Of a stretch of DNA of 32,109 bases, positions 9,241 to 17,805 are shown one piece after another. The stretch is taken from assembly GCA_035630415.1 (NCBI GenBank), contig DASQKT010000384.1, positions 1-32,109 of the forward strand, read 5' to 3'. Source of the stretch: Skermanella sp. (lineage in GTDB: Bacteria; Pseudomonadota; Alphaproteobacteria; Azospirillales; Azospirillaceae). The stretch's first letter is position 1; every line of letters begins with the position of its first letter. A program made the translations under genes and the position numbers. The notes beneath the pieces were generated by a model. That model was not told the origin of the DNA, ran no database searches, and saw nothing but the letters and a program-made list of their open reading frames with translations.

Positions 9241-10028
9241 CGGCCCTCCTTGACGGCGCCGTGCTGGGGCGAGGCCAAGCCGGTCAAAGTGGCGGGAACC
9301 GCGACCTTCGCGGTCGGCAGGACCAGCGCCAGTGCTACCGTCGCGGCGATCGCGATCCCAGCCGCATGAAGCCCGTTGAACACCGCGTCGCTGACATGGC
9401 CGCTGGTGCGCAGCGTAGCACCCATCAGCAGGCTCAGGCCCAGCGGCACGATCACGAGACCGGGCGGCAGCGGCAGGCTGTACCGGTTGATCGCGGACAG
9501 CCGCGCCTGCCGGGTCGCCGGCAGCAGTTTAGACAATGTGTCCAGAGTGGACCGGGTCTGCGGGCTGCCGATGCCGCGCTCGACCACGTCCCGGCAGATC
9601 GCCACCAGCAGTTCCAGGGAGACGCCGGCGGCGGCCGAGATCCCGCCGTCGGCTTCGGCGCTCACCACGTCCCCGGCATAGGTGCTCACCGCCCGTTCCA
9701 GCCTCCCAGCCTCATCGGCGGGCAGGCCCGATGCGGCGGCGCGGATGCCGCTGAGATACGAGCTTTCGGCGCGGTAGGCGTGCTCCAGCGCATTCCCGGC
9801 GACCCAGCCGAAGCTGAGCGTCGCCGCGATCAGCCCGATGAACACTTGTTCCAGCCAGCCGAAGGCTGCACCGCTCTGTGCTTCCGAGAACAGCGGCGTC
9901 GGGTCCCCGAGGATGTTGCGCATCAGCAGCACGACGCCGCCCCAGACCACGAAGGCGGTGGCGCCTATCGCGGGAACCCCCGCCGCGAGCAGCCAGGAGG
10001 AGGCGCCGGAAGGTCCGTCAAGGCCCAT
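9237..10028 (-). CDS. DUF4239-like membrane protein, copy 1 (most divergent)
   Basis: EQVFIGLIAATLSFGW, AESSYLSGI, TYAGDVVSAE, ATRQARL, two C-terminal TMs. Start MGLDG at 10028 overlaps the upstream stop (alternative 10082). Confidence 0.68.
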   Translation of the reverse strand: MGLDGPSGASSWLLAAGVPAIGATAFVVWGGVVLLMRNILGDPTPLFSEAQSGAAFGWLEQVFIGLIAATLSFGWVAGNALEHAYRAESSYLSGIRAAASGLPADEAGRLERAVSTYAGDVVSAEADGGISAAAGVSLELLVAICRDVVERGIGSPQTRSTLDTLSKLLPATRQARLSAINRYSLPLPPGLVIVPLGLSLLMGATLRTSGHVSDAVFNGLHAAGIAIAATVALALVLPTAKVAVPATLTGLASPQHGAVKEGR

Positions 10029-10629
10029 GGGCTGCCCTGCCGCCGCCGGGCGCCGGGAGATCGGGAAGTGAATCGGGGACATGGGGCGCCAGCCGAAAGG
10101 TGGCGGTGGGCAGGGGGGACAGCGCTATATCCACCCCGACCGCCTCGAACCTAGGGTCTTCGGAGGCTTCCAGCAAGGCGATCACGACGCGCCGGGACAG
10201 CGTGGCGCGGAGACCGCTGTCTTCGGCGGCCCAGTCGTCCAGGCGGCGGCCGATCCAGGTCCGATCCTCTTCGGCCAATTCCAGCGTGCGTTCCAGGTGG
10301 ACCTTCAATTTCGGCAGGATACCGGATTCGGTGACGACCTCGGTCACCCGGTAGCCGCAGTCGGCAATCAGGCGCCAGAAGATGCTGGCTTCGGGCGAAA
10401 CCGCATCGAGGGCTTCGGTCGGGGACGGCGGCAGCACGAAACCGGCGAAGCGGTCGATCAGGTGGTCGAGCGGCGTGCCGCCGGAGACGTCGCCGGAGAG
10501 TACTTCGGCGGAAAGCGCATCGGACGAAAGACCGTTGCCGGCCTGGGCTCCCGGACAATGGCCTGCCCCGGCCGCGATCAGGCTCGCGGCGATCATGCCC
10601 TGGATCAGACGCCCGGACGGTGCCCGCAT
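10018..10629 (-). CDS. Secreted hypothetical protein
   Basis: Start MRAPSG overlaps the upstream TGA (TGATG); signal peptide; GYRVTEVVTESGILPKLKV motif. Confidence 0.75.
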   Translation of the reverse strand: MRAPSGRLIQGMIAASLIAAGAGHCPGAQAGNGLSSDALSAEVLSGDVSGGTPLDHLIDRFAGFVLPPSPTEALDAVSPEASIFWRLIADCGYRVTEVVTESGILPKLKVHLERTLELAEEDRTWIGRRLDDWAAEDSGLRATLSRRVVIALLEASEDPRFEAVGVDIALSPLPTATFRLAPHVPDSLPDLPAPGGGRAAHGP

Positions 10630-11057
10630 CAATCGTCCACCTTGATGCGGTTGTACCATCGCCGGCTGCCCAGCGCCGACCGCTTGGGCGTCAGCGCCAG
10701 CCCGTTCATCAGCGACTTGACGCGCTTCTCGGCCCGCGCGGTGTCCTTCGGACGGTTGGTCAGCGAAGCGTAGGTGGCCACCGCTTCTTCGAAGCGTTTC
10801 CGGGGAACCTTGCCCTTCGGCGTGTTGTTGAGAAGCGCCTGGACGAGTTCGACCGCCTTGCTTTCCAGCACGATGCCCTGTTCGCGCGCGGCCTGCCGGA
10901 TCGTGCCATGGGCTTCGTCGGGGTCGAGGTCGAGGTCCACTACCGCCGTGCGCAGGGCCTCGCGCTCGCGTTCCGCGGTCAGCAGAGATCCGTCGTCGGC
11001 GAAGAACGGCACCATGGCCTTGAATTTTCGGCGTTGTTCGCTGGGGGAGTCGGCCAT
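10629..11057 (-). CDS. Cytoplasmic helical hypothetical protein, 142 aa, basic C-terminus
   Basis: True start MADSPSEQ at 11057 with an AGGA RBS; DDGSLLTAEREREAL..LDLDPDEAHGTIRQAAREQGIVLE; ends RRWYNRIKVDD. Confidence 0.75.
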   Translation of the reverse strand: MADSPSEQRRKFKAMVPFFADDGSLLTAEREREALRTAVVDLDLDPDEAHGTIRQAAREQGIVLESKAVELVQALLNNTPKGKVPRKRFEEAVATYASLTNRPKDTARAEKRVKSLMNGLALTPKRSALGSRRWYNRIKVDD

Positions 11058-11104
11058 CGACGGGTCCTGTAGTTTCCTGGAGCTGGTCAAGCTGGTGGTG
11101 CGTG

Positions 11105-12085
11105 TCACGGTCTGGCGAACCAGCGGGGAGCGATCTCGTGCGCGATGCCCTGAGCGGTCTGCCCGGCCTTGCCGCTCGCCTGTCCGAACAGGCCCGCCGC
11201 TTGGGAGACGGAGACTGACCAGAGGTCGCCGATCCTGTCCATCAGCGACCGGGGAGCGCCCGACAGGCGTTTCTCGTTTGCGGCGATCGCGATGGCTTCG
11301 GAGATGCCGGGCGACGCGGCATCGGAAACCGCGATGCCCAGATCGGTGCAGAGCGCCGCATCGGAGAGCGCCGCATCGGATAGCTTTGTATCGCCGCCCT
11401 TGGTGTCCTCGACGGTCACCTGGCGGCGCTGGTAGCCAAGGCCGGCGGCGTCGGCCGACCGCCAGAGCGCTTCGTCGTTCAGCGGGACGATCCGGACCAG
11501 ACCGTCGATCACGGCGTTGGTGACGACGTCGCCCGGCACGATCTCCAGGCTGGAGAGCAGGACCGCCGAAACCTGTTGGTTGAGCAGGCGCGCGACCGCG
11601 CGCATACCGCCGCGCGACTCGGTCCTGACCGACGCGAGCGGCGGGTGGACGGTCGAAAGCACCGCCCAACTGCCGGCGGTGAGCGATCCGGCGGCACCGA
11701 TGTCGATGGCCCCGCCGGCGGCGGTCGGCAGGGCGGATGCGCCGGTCGCGGCCTCCATCGGCACGAGCAGGACGAAGCAGGCGCGGCGGAGCGGGAAATA
11801 CTCCAGGTCGGCGATAACCGGCGACCGCCGAGCCGCGTTCCGGAAGGTGTCGCCGTGAAGCAGGGCGGCGGCGGCCTGCTTCCGCTCCAGCGCATCGAGC
11901 GGGTCGGCGCCGGGCGCCGGCTTCTCGACGACGACAGGCTGGCCGGGCGGCAAGGCGCCCGGCACGGCATCGGCGATCGCTTCCACCACGGAGCCGGGTG
12001 GTCCGCCGCCCAGCATGGTGACCGCAGCTCCCGCCGGCAGGGGAGACACCGCCGACAGGGCCGCGGCCAGGACGCGGAACGGCAT
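11105..12085 (-). CDS. Divergent TAXI-family (TRAP-associated) solute-binding protein
   Basis: Signal peptide; VTMLGGGPPGSV, GADPLDAL, IDIGAAGSLTAGSW, VRIVPLND follow the TAXI layout. ATG overlaps the TPR stop. Confidence 0.6.
   Translation of the reverse strand: MPFRVLAAALSAVSPLPAGAAVTMLGGGPPGSVVEAIADAVPGALPPGQPVVVEKPAPGADPLDALERKQAAAALLHGDTFRNAARRSPVIADLEYFPLRRACFVLLVPMEAATGASALPTAAGGAIDIGAAGSLTAGSWAVLSTVHPPLASVRTESRGGMRAVARLLNQQVSAVLLSSLEIVPGDVVTNAVIDGLVRIVPLNDEALWRSADAAGLGYQRRQVTVEDTKGGDTKLSDAALSDAALCTDLGIAVSDAASPGISEAIAIAANEKRLSGAPRSLMDRIGDLWSVSVSQAAGLFGQASGKAGQTAQGIAHEIAPRWFARP
11351..11380. repeat. Perfect in-frame 15-bp tandem duplication (GAGCGCCGCATCGGA x2)
   Basis: Read directly; encodes SDAAL-SDAAL. 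Confidence 0.85.
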
Positions 12086-13140
12086 CAAGTCTGCCTCGGC
12101 TTCGTCGCTTTTTCGAGGTCGCCGCTGATCGACCGGTCGGTGGGAGCCAGCCGGAGCGCCCGGCGCAGGGCGGCCGATGCCTCGTCGGTCCGTCCGGACG
12201 CCATCAGCAGACGGCCCAGCCGCGCGTGGAGTGCTGGGTTGTCGGGCGCCAGTTCGGTTCCGACGGAGAGTTCCGCGATGGCGTCCTCCGGTCTGCCGAG
12301 CGCCTCGTAGGCGGTCGCCCGCTCTTCGCGGATCAGCACGGCCTGGGGTTCGAGCCGGGCGGCGATCGCCAGCATGTCCAGGGCTTCGATAGGGCGTCCG
12401 AGCCGGTTCAGCGATTGGCCGATATTGAGGTAGGGAAGGGACAATGTCGGATCGAGTTCGGTCGCCCGGCCGAAGACCGTGATCGCTTCCTCGTACTTCT
12501 TCTGAAGGAACAGCGTCCGTCCCCAGAGATTGAAGATCAGCGGCTGCTCCGCCTCCGGCATCGCGGTGAAGCAGTACTCGATCATCTCGTAGGTCTTGGC
12601 GAAGTCGGGCGACGCGGTCTTCTGCTCGGCGGCCCGGACATACAGGGCCGCGATGTAGGGATCGACCGTCTTGACCGTCTCGAAACCGGCCTGCTTCAGC
12701 AGCAGGGGAATTTCGGACCGCGATCCCGCGAACTGGTTGCTGCGGACCTTGCCGGCCCGGTCGGTGATCCTCATGCGCAGCATGACGTGGTCGTCGTCGA
12801 TGTCGTACAACTCGCCGGAAATGGTCATCTTGACGACGCCGACATATTTTCTGGCGGCGTTGACCAGCACCTGGATCTCGAAATACTCGCCGATCTCGGC
12901 AAGCGATTCGTCCTTTTCCTCGTTGCCGAGGTCGATGCTGCGTATCCGCGACCCTGCGCCCATCCGGACCGCCCGGATTTCGTCGGTCAATTGGCGGGTG
13001 AGGACGCGCGGGCTATAGCCCTGCTCCTGTGCCCATTTGGGTGAAGAGATCGGATCGAACACGATGCTGTCGTACCCGGTATAAAGACCGAGGCCGAAGA
13101 TCGACAGGATCGCGATTATGGGAAACGTGAGGAAGTCCAT
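12085..13140 (-). CDS. Membrane-anchored tetratricopeptide-repeat protein
   Basis: N-terminal TM, an alpha/beta domain (FDPISSP..GYSPRVLTRQL), then about 4 TPRs (WGRTLF..KYEEAI..F.RATELDP; YLNIGQSL..LGRPIEAL; LHARLGRLL..GRTDEA..ALRRALRLAP). Confidence 0.9.
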   Translation of the reverse strand: MDFLTFPIIAILSIFGLGLYTGYDSIVFDPISSPKWAQEQGYSPRVLTRQLTDEIRAVRMGAGSRIRSIDLGNEEKDESLAEIGEYFEIQVLVNAARKYVGVVKMTISGELYDIDDDHVMLRMRITDRAGKVRSNQFAGSRSEIPLLLKQAGFETVKTVDPYIAALYVRAAEQKTASPDFAKTYEMIEYCFTAMPEAEQPLIFNLWGRTLFLQKKYEEAITVFGRATELDPTLSLPYLNIGQSLNRLGRPIEALDMLAIAARLEPQAVLIREERATAYEALGRPEDAIAELSVGTELAPDNPALHARLGRLLMASGRTDEASAALRRALRLAPTDRSISGDLEKATKPRQT

Positions 13141-13342
13141 GCGGTCACCTGATCAGATCGGGTCTTGATCAACTCGGATAAATGCGGATTGCGTTCGATG
13201 CGGGCGCCCGTGACAGTTACCCGCAAAGAAGTAAATATTTCGACCTATGACGAGCGAATGGCGGGCAGGGACTTGCGTCCCGGCGCATCCCCTCACAGGC
13301 GGGCATACCCGAACGATTTACCCGGAAGACTTGATTGAGCTG

Positions 13343-13380
13343 TGCGGGGAGCGCGGCGCTTGCGGCCTGCTCTCCCCGCA
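13343..13380. terminator. Hairpin just downstream of the Gly-zipper gene
   Basis: TGCGGGGAG...CTCCCCGCA perfect 9-bp outer stem, 10 nt past the stop at 13391; no clear U-tract on the minus strand. Confidence 0.4.
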
Positions 13381-13390
13381 TTTGGTCCGG

Positions 13391-13846
13391 TCAGGGCATG
13401 ACGCGGTATGCGACCGACGTCGACAGCTTGCCGGAACGTACCGGAGCCACCGACTCGGGCGAAGTCAGCCAATCCGCGACCAGCGCGCCGACGAGCGAGC
13501 TGGACACCGCGTAGACGCGGCTGACCGCGACTGCGCCTTCGCTGGCGGAGAGGGCGCCGGTGGCCGCACCCGCGCCGCCGATCAGGGGCAGGGCGGACAG
13601 GCCGCCGGTCGCCAGATTGAAGGCGACGACGCCGCCCAGGGCGCCGAGCCCGAGCGCCAGCAGGCGGCCGTTGGCGGCTGCCGCCTCGGGCGCCGGGTTG
13701 ATCGGGCCGGGCAGCGGCGCCGGGATGGGGTTTTCCAGCGACGGGGCCAGCATCGGCGGCGCGGAACCGCCGCTCTGCGCCAGTGCGGGCTGGGCGAGGC
13801 CGATCGCGAGCGTCAGGGCGGCGGCGGTGAACGCACGTGTTTTCAT
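13391..13846 (-). CDS. Secreted Gly/Ala-rich membrane-inserting (glycine-zipper-like) protein, 151 aa
   Basis: AAGGA RBS; MKTRAF..AQPALA signal; Pro-rich linker; LLALGLGALGGVVAFNLATGG and SRVYAVSSSLVGALVADWL hydrophobic segments. Confidence 0.8.
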   Translation of the reverse strand: MKTRAFTAAALTLAIGLAQPALAQSGGSAPPMLAPSLENPIPAPLPGPINPAPEAAAANGRLLALGLGALGGVVAFNLATGGLSALPLIGGAGAATGALSASEGAVAVSRVYAVSSSLVGALVADWLTSPESVAPVRSGKLSTSVAYRVMP

Positions 13847-13881
13847 GTCATCGTTCCTTGGGCCTGTTGCGGGAAAGGTCG

Positions 13882-15288
13882 TCACTCGACCAACGGGTTG
13901 AGAGTGAGGGAGAGGAGGGCGGCCGACGCATCGTCGACGGCGAGCCGGGCATTGGCTTCCAGAAGCCAGCGGCGGGCGACGATGCTGGCCGGTGCTCCCA
14001 TGCGGGAGATCAGTTCGACGGCGCCCTTCAGGTCGCTCTCGGCGAGACGCCGGGCGGTCGCTTCGAGTGTCTGCTGCTCCGGCGAGGTGGTGCGCAGAGA
14101 CTCGGCGCCGGCCGCTTCCGCGACCGACTCGAGCCACGAGCCGACGCGTTCGCCGATACCGCGCTGACTGGTTGCCGCGACCGCCGTCAGGATGCGCGGC
14201 GCGACCAGGGCATTGTAGCTTTCCCGCAGTTCGCTGAGCGTCGCGACGCCGGTCCCCGCGCTCTGGCCGAGTACGGCGACAGTCTCGGCGAAAGCCGGAT
14301 TGCCGGCGCTGAGCCGCCGGATCACGTCGATTTCCCGTTCGAACGGCCGGGACGTCTGAAGCTTCGCGCCCAGATGCTGGACGGCAAGCGCCATCCGCAT
14401 AGCCTTGGAACGGACCAGATCGGCCTGCCGAAGCTCCTCTAACGTGGCGGCGGCGCTGGCTTGGCCGGCTTGCGCGGCCTCGTTCAGCCGGCCCGCCAGG
14501 GCGGCCAGTTCCGCCTGCGCCGTGGCAAGTTCGGTCCGGCTGGCGGCGAGGGCCGCTTCCACCTGCGCCAGACGCCTGTCCTGTTCCGCCGTCGTAGCAC
14601 CGAAGGTCGACACGAGGGCGGCGCCGCGTTCGTTGAACTGCTCGAGAGAAGCGGCGGCGTTGATGCGGGCTTCACCCGCGTCGAGTCGCGCCGCCATCGC
14701 ATCGAGCCTTGCCGTCAGCTCGCTAAGGCGGCTGTCGGTCGAGGACCCGGCGCGCTCCAGCCGGTCTATGCGCAGGGCGGCGACGTTGACGTTGCCGCCG
14801 ACGGCTTCGATCGCGTCCACCCTGTCCGCTACCGTCCCGACCCGGCGCTCGGCGTCGTCGGCCCGCGCCGCGAGTGCGGCGACGCCGCCGTCTCCCAACA
14901 GGAAGGCGTATTGGGGAGGAACGGAAACGTGCTTTTCGACCCAAGGCTTGGCAATCGGCCCGGAAAGAGCAACCAGGGATACGGCGATGGCTAATCCCGA
15001 CAGCAGCAGGGGTGCTCGACTCGAGCGCCGGGGCCGCTGGGCCGATGCGGCATCGTTCGAACGGTGCCGTGCTGTGAATTCCGGTTGGGGAGCGCTGTAT
15101 GAAATCTCTTCGCGCAGCCGCGCGGATGCTGGCGGATGTTCGGGCGGATCGGCGACAATTCCGATATCCGCTGGCCCGATATCCGCTGGGCCAGCGGGGG
15201 AGCCTGTGTCTGTATCGGTCCCGCCGGACAATCCGGGCGGGGGGCGCTCCAACGTATCGCCGGAAGAAATCTGATCCGAAGTCTTCAT
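13882..15288 (-). CDS. Mic60/mitofilin-family (COG4223) inner-membrane protein, paralog A
   Basis: GAGGA RBS before ATG 15288; disordered N-terminus, single TM, long coiled coil, then LAVQHL..L...RPFEREI...GVATLSELR...DLKGAV...RWLLEANARLAVD mitofilin motif. Confidence 0.88.
   Translation of the reverse strand: MKTSDQISSGDTLERPPPGLSGGTDTDTGSPAGPADIGPADIGIVADPPEHPPASARLREEISYSAPQPEFTARHRSNDAASAQRPRRSSRAPLLLSGLAIAVSLVALSGPIAKPWVEKHVSVPPQYAFLLGDGGVAALAARADDAERRVGTVADRVDAIEAVGGNVNVAALRIDRLERAGSSTDSRLSELTARLDAMAARLDAGEARINAAASLEQFNERGAALVSTFGATTAEQDRRLAQVEAALAASRTELATAQAELAALAGRLNEAAQAGQASAAATLEELRQADLVRSKAMRMALAVQHLGAKLQTSRPFEREIDVIRRLSAGNPAFAETVAVLGQSAGTGVATLSELRESYNALVAPRILTAVAATSQRGIGERVGSWLESVAEAAGAESLRTTSPEQQTLEATARRLAESDLKGAVELISRMGAPASIVARRWLLEANARLAVDDASAALLSLTLNPLVE
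15161..15190. repeat. 15-bp in-frame tandem duplication (14/15 identical)
   Basis: CCGATATCCGCTGGC / CCGATATCCGCTGGG; encodes PADIG-PADIG in the disordered N-terminus. Confidence 0.8.
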
Positions 15289-15380
15289 TAAATCCTCAGG
15301 CCGGCGGTCGCGGCGGCGTTGCGAAACCATCTTCATCATATTATCTCTAATTCTTTTGAATTACACTAGATGTATAAATC

Positions 15381-15403
15381 GCTTACCCTTAAGAGAGGTA
15401 AGC
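15381..15403. promoter_or_regulatory. Inverted repeat GCTTACC-N9-GGTAAGC in the AT-rich divergent promoter region
   Basis: Read directly between the two Mic60-like genes. Confidence 0.5.
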
Positions 15404-15621
15404 TGCCGGCGCTGCCGAAACCAAAACGATCTCAGATGCGCAACAATCTGTCGGAGAAGATACATGGATATATCAGCGGGATGTTTGGTCCGTCTCCATG
15501 ACTTGGCCGCCGGTTCTGAACAGGTCATTCCGGTCGGAGCCGGCTGACCTGGACGACATCCGATCCGCATCGTTTCCGGGGCGCCAGGATCTGCAACAGG
15601 CTGTGAGTTATGGAGAGAGCG

Positions 15622-16518
15622 ATGACCGATGAACCCGACGACACCAAGCCCTCGCGCGAGCCGGCCATGAGTGCGCCCGCCAGATCGGGCGGCGGCTCGA
15701 CGGTGGCCGTCTTCCTGTCCTTTATCGCTCTTGCCGCGTCGGTCGGCTCCACCGGCTGGATGCTGACCCGCGTCCAGCCCGCCGTCCGCGACTCGGCCGC
15801 AGCCGCATCCGCGCTCAACGCTTCGGTAAAGGCGGCGACCGCCGCGTCGGGTGCGGCGGCGGCATCCGTCGAGAAGCTGTCCGGCGAAGTCGCGGCGCTG
15901 CGGACCGAGCTGACCGGCCTGCCGGTTCGCGCCGACGCGCTCGACAAGCGGATCTCCCAGGTCGAGGCGAGCCTCGGCGCGCTGGCGCGGGTTGCAGCCG
16001 CCGACATGGCGGTCCGCTCCATGACGACCTCGGCGTCGGGCGCCGTCCTGCCCCAGAACGAGGTGAGCCGACTCGTGACGCTGGGGTCCAGCATCCCGGA
16101 GGCGTTGGCAGCCGCTTTGGAGCTTGGCGCGTCGATGCCGGGCGGCGCCATCTCGCGCCAGAGCCTCAAAGTCGATCTGAGCCGAATCGCCGACCGAATC
16201 GAGGAGACGTCTTCGCCGCATCCGCAGACAACCGTCCATACCGTGCAGACCTTCATCAACCGCACCGTGACGGATGTCGGCGAGACGCTGGGTCTGCCGC
16301 TCAACCAGCAAAGCCCGGCCGCGTCGTTGCGCGACGCCTACCGGTCCGTCGACTCCGATCTGGCCTCGGCTATTCGTATCGCCCAATCCAGCGACCTTCG
16401 GCTCCAGCCGGCGGTGGCCGACTGGATGGTGCGCGCCAAGGCACGACTCGCCTTCGAGCAGTCCATGCGCAAGCTGACCGATGCGCTGGCCGTGGTGCGG
16501 CAGGCGGACAAGACCTGA
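15622..16518 (+). CDS. Divergent Mic60/mitofilin-like protein, paralog B
   Basis: GGAGAG RBS; single TM (VAVFLSFIALAASVGSTGWML), coiled coil, C-terminal SDLASAI...AVADWMVRAKARLAFEQSMRKL matching the mitofilin end motif; the middle is degenerate. Confidence 0.68.
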   Translation: MTDEPDDTKPSREPAMSAPARSGGGSTVAVFLSFIALAASVGSTGWMLTRVQPAVRDSAAAASALNASVKAATAASGAAAASVEKLSGEVAALRTELTGLPVRADALDKRISQVEASLGALARVAAADMAVRSMTTSASGAVLPQNEVSRLVTLGSSIPEALAAALELGASMPGGAISRQSLKVDLSRIADRIEETSSPHPQTTVHTVQTFINRTVTDVGETLGLPLNQQSPAASLRDAYRSVDSDLASAIRIAQSSDLRLQPAVADWMVRAKARLAFEQSMRKLTDALAVVRQADKT

Positions 16519-17180
16519 TGCGCCGGGGCCGTATCCGCTTCGCCGCGCTTGCGGCCCTGGCCCTCGCCGTCCCTCCGGCAGCCTTGACTTCCCGGACCGC
16601 CGAAGCGCGGGACGCGGTCCAGCTGCCGCTTGCGGCGGGGCCGCAGTCCTTACGGACGAACGGCAGGGTCAATATCCGGGCGGAGCCGTCCAGATCGGCC
16701 CCGGTGGTCGGGACGGTGGCGCCCGGAACGCTGCTCGAGTCGCCGGGCATCGTGACCGGCCAGCCCTGGGTGCCGGTGTCGCGTGACGGGCGGTTGTTCG
16801 GCTATGTCTTCGCCGAACTGGTCTCGCCGGTCGCACCGGTACCGAAGGCGGTCGAGGTTCCGGCGACCGATTCGGCAATTGATCCGGCTGGCGGTCCGGC
16901 AGCGGAGAAGATGGCGGCCCCTCCGCCGGCCCTCGGCGCGATCGACGATCGCCTGCGCGTGGTGGAGGAGGCGCTGAGCGGTATGCGCACCGATCTCGAC
17001 CGTCAGGCGCAGTTGTCGCGCGAGGGTTTCGAGCGCACCGGACGGATGCTTTCCAATATCCAGGCGCGGCTGCCGGAGCCGGAAGAGCCGGCGGTCGTCC
17101 GCCTTCATCCGCCGCCGACGCGGCTGGACGTGGCGATCCAGAGCGTTCGCGGTCTGGTAGCGCGCCTGATCGGTGACTGA
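16518..17180 (+). CDS. Secreted SH3b-domain protein with C-terminal coiled coil
   Basis: Signal peptide; VNIRAEPSRSAPVVGTV..G....WVPV...GRLFGYVFAELV; TGATG coupling to paralog B. Confidence 0.85.
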   Translation: MRRGRIRFAALAALALAVPPAALTSRTAEARDAVQLPLAAGPQSLRTNGRVNIRAEPSRSAPVVGTVAPGTLLESPGIVTGQPWVPVSRDGRLFGYVFAELVSPVAPVPKAVEVPATDSAIDPAGGPAAEKMAAPPPALGAIDDRLRVVEEALSGMRTDLDRQAQLSREGFERTGRMLSNIQARLPEPEEPAVVRLHPPPTRLDVAIQSVRGLVARLIGD

Positions 17181-17186
17181 GCGCGT

Positions 17187-17783
17187 ATGACGGAATGGCT
17201 TTCGGCACTGTTTCCGGTCCTGCTGACGGTGGCCGCCCTGCTGCTGCCCGTCGCGGTGCTCAGCGTTTCGGACGGGCTGCTGCACCTGATTGCCCCCCAG
17301 ACGTTCTTCCGCATCCCGGCGCTGTCGGCCCTGCCGAAGCTGGCGGGACTGGCGCTGGGTATCGGCGCGCTATACGATCGGGATGACGGCGCCGCCTACG
17401 AAATGACCCTGCTGTTCGACGCGTCGAGCTTCTGGAACATGACGGCGCTGGAGTTCCTGACCACTCGGGCCGATCCGTCCGGCTATCGCCTGATCGATCT
17501 TTCCGCCGGCGCCTTCGTCGGTCTGCCGGACCCGCTACTCGGCAGTCTCATGCTCGCGTCCGGCTGCATGCTGGTGCTGGCCGGCATAGTGGCCCTGATT
17601 ACGGCGCGCGGGGTCGAGCTTGGGCGCATCTTCCTGGCGATCCCGGCCGTGGCGCTGTCCACGGCGTTCCTGACGGTCTATCTGGTCTCCCTGATCCTGT
17701 GGGCGGCTCACATGCTCAATTTTTGGGTGTTCCTGCTGGCCGCTGCGATCTACCAGAAGCGGCGTTACTCTTCACATATTTGA
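17187..17783 (+). CDS. Integral membrane hypothetical protein (about 4-5 TM)
   Basis: Several hydrophobic segments; 6 nt after the SH3 gene. Confidence 0.8.
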   Translation: MTEWLSALFPVLLTVAALLLPVAVLSVSDGLLHLIAPQTFFRIPALSALPKLAGLALGIGALYDRDDGAAYEMTLLFDASSFWNMTALEFLTTRADPSGYRLIDLSAGAFVGLPDPLLGSLMLASGCMLVLAGIVALITARGVELGRIFLAIPAVALSTAFLTVYLVSLILWAAHMLNFWVFLLAAAIYQKRRYSSHI

Positions 17784-17805
17784 ATATTCTCGGGATCAGC
17801 GGCTA

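Noticed and set aside
10629-11669. 346-aa ORF
   Set aside because: The Arg-rich N-terminal part overlaps the TAXI-like gene; the real start is 11057.
12085-13846. Magnetosome island (MamA-like TPR, Mms6-like GL motif)
   Set aside because: No mamB/M/K/E/O/Q-type genes in the window; this TPR protein has a TM anchor and an extra domain, and the GLG stretch is too short to be diagnostic.
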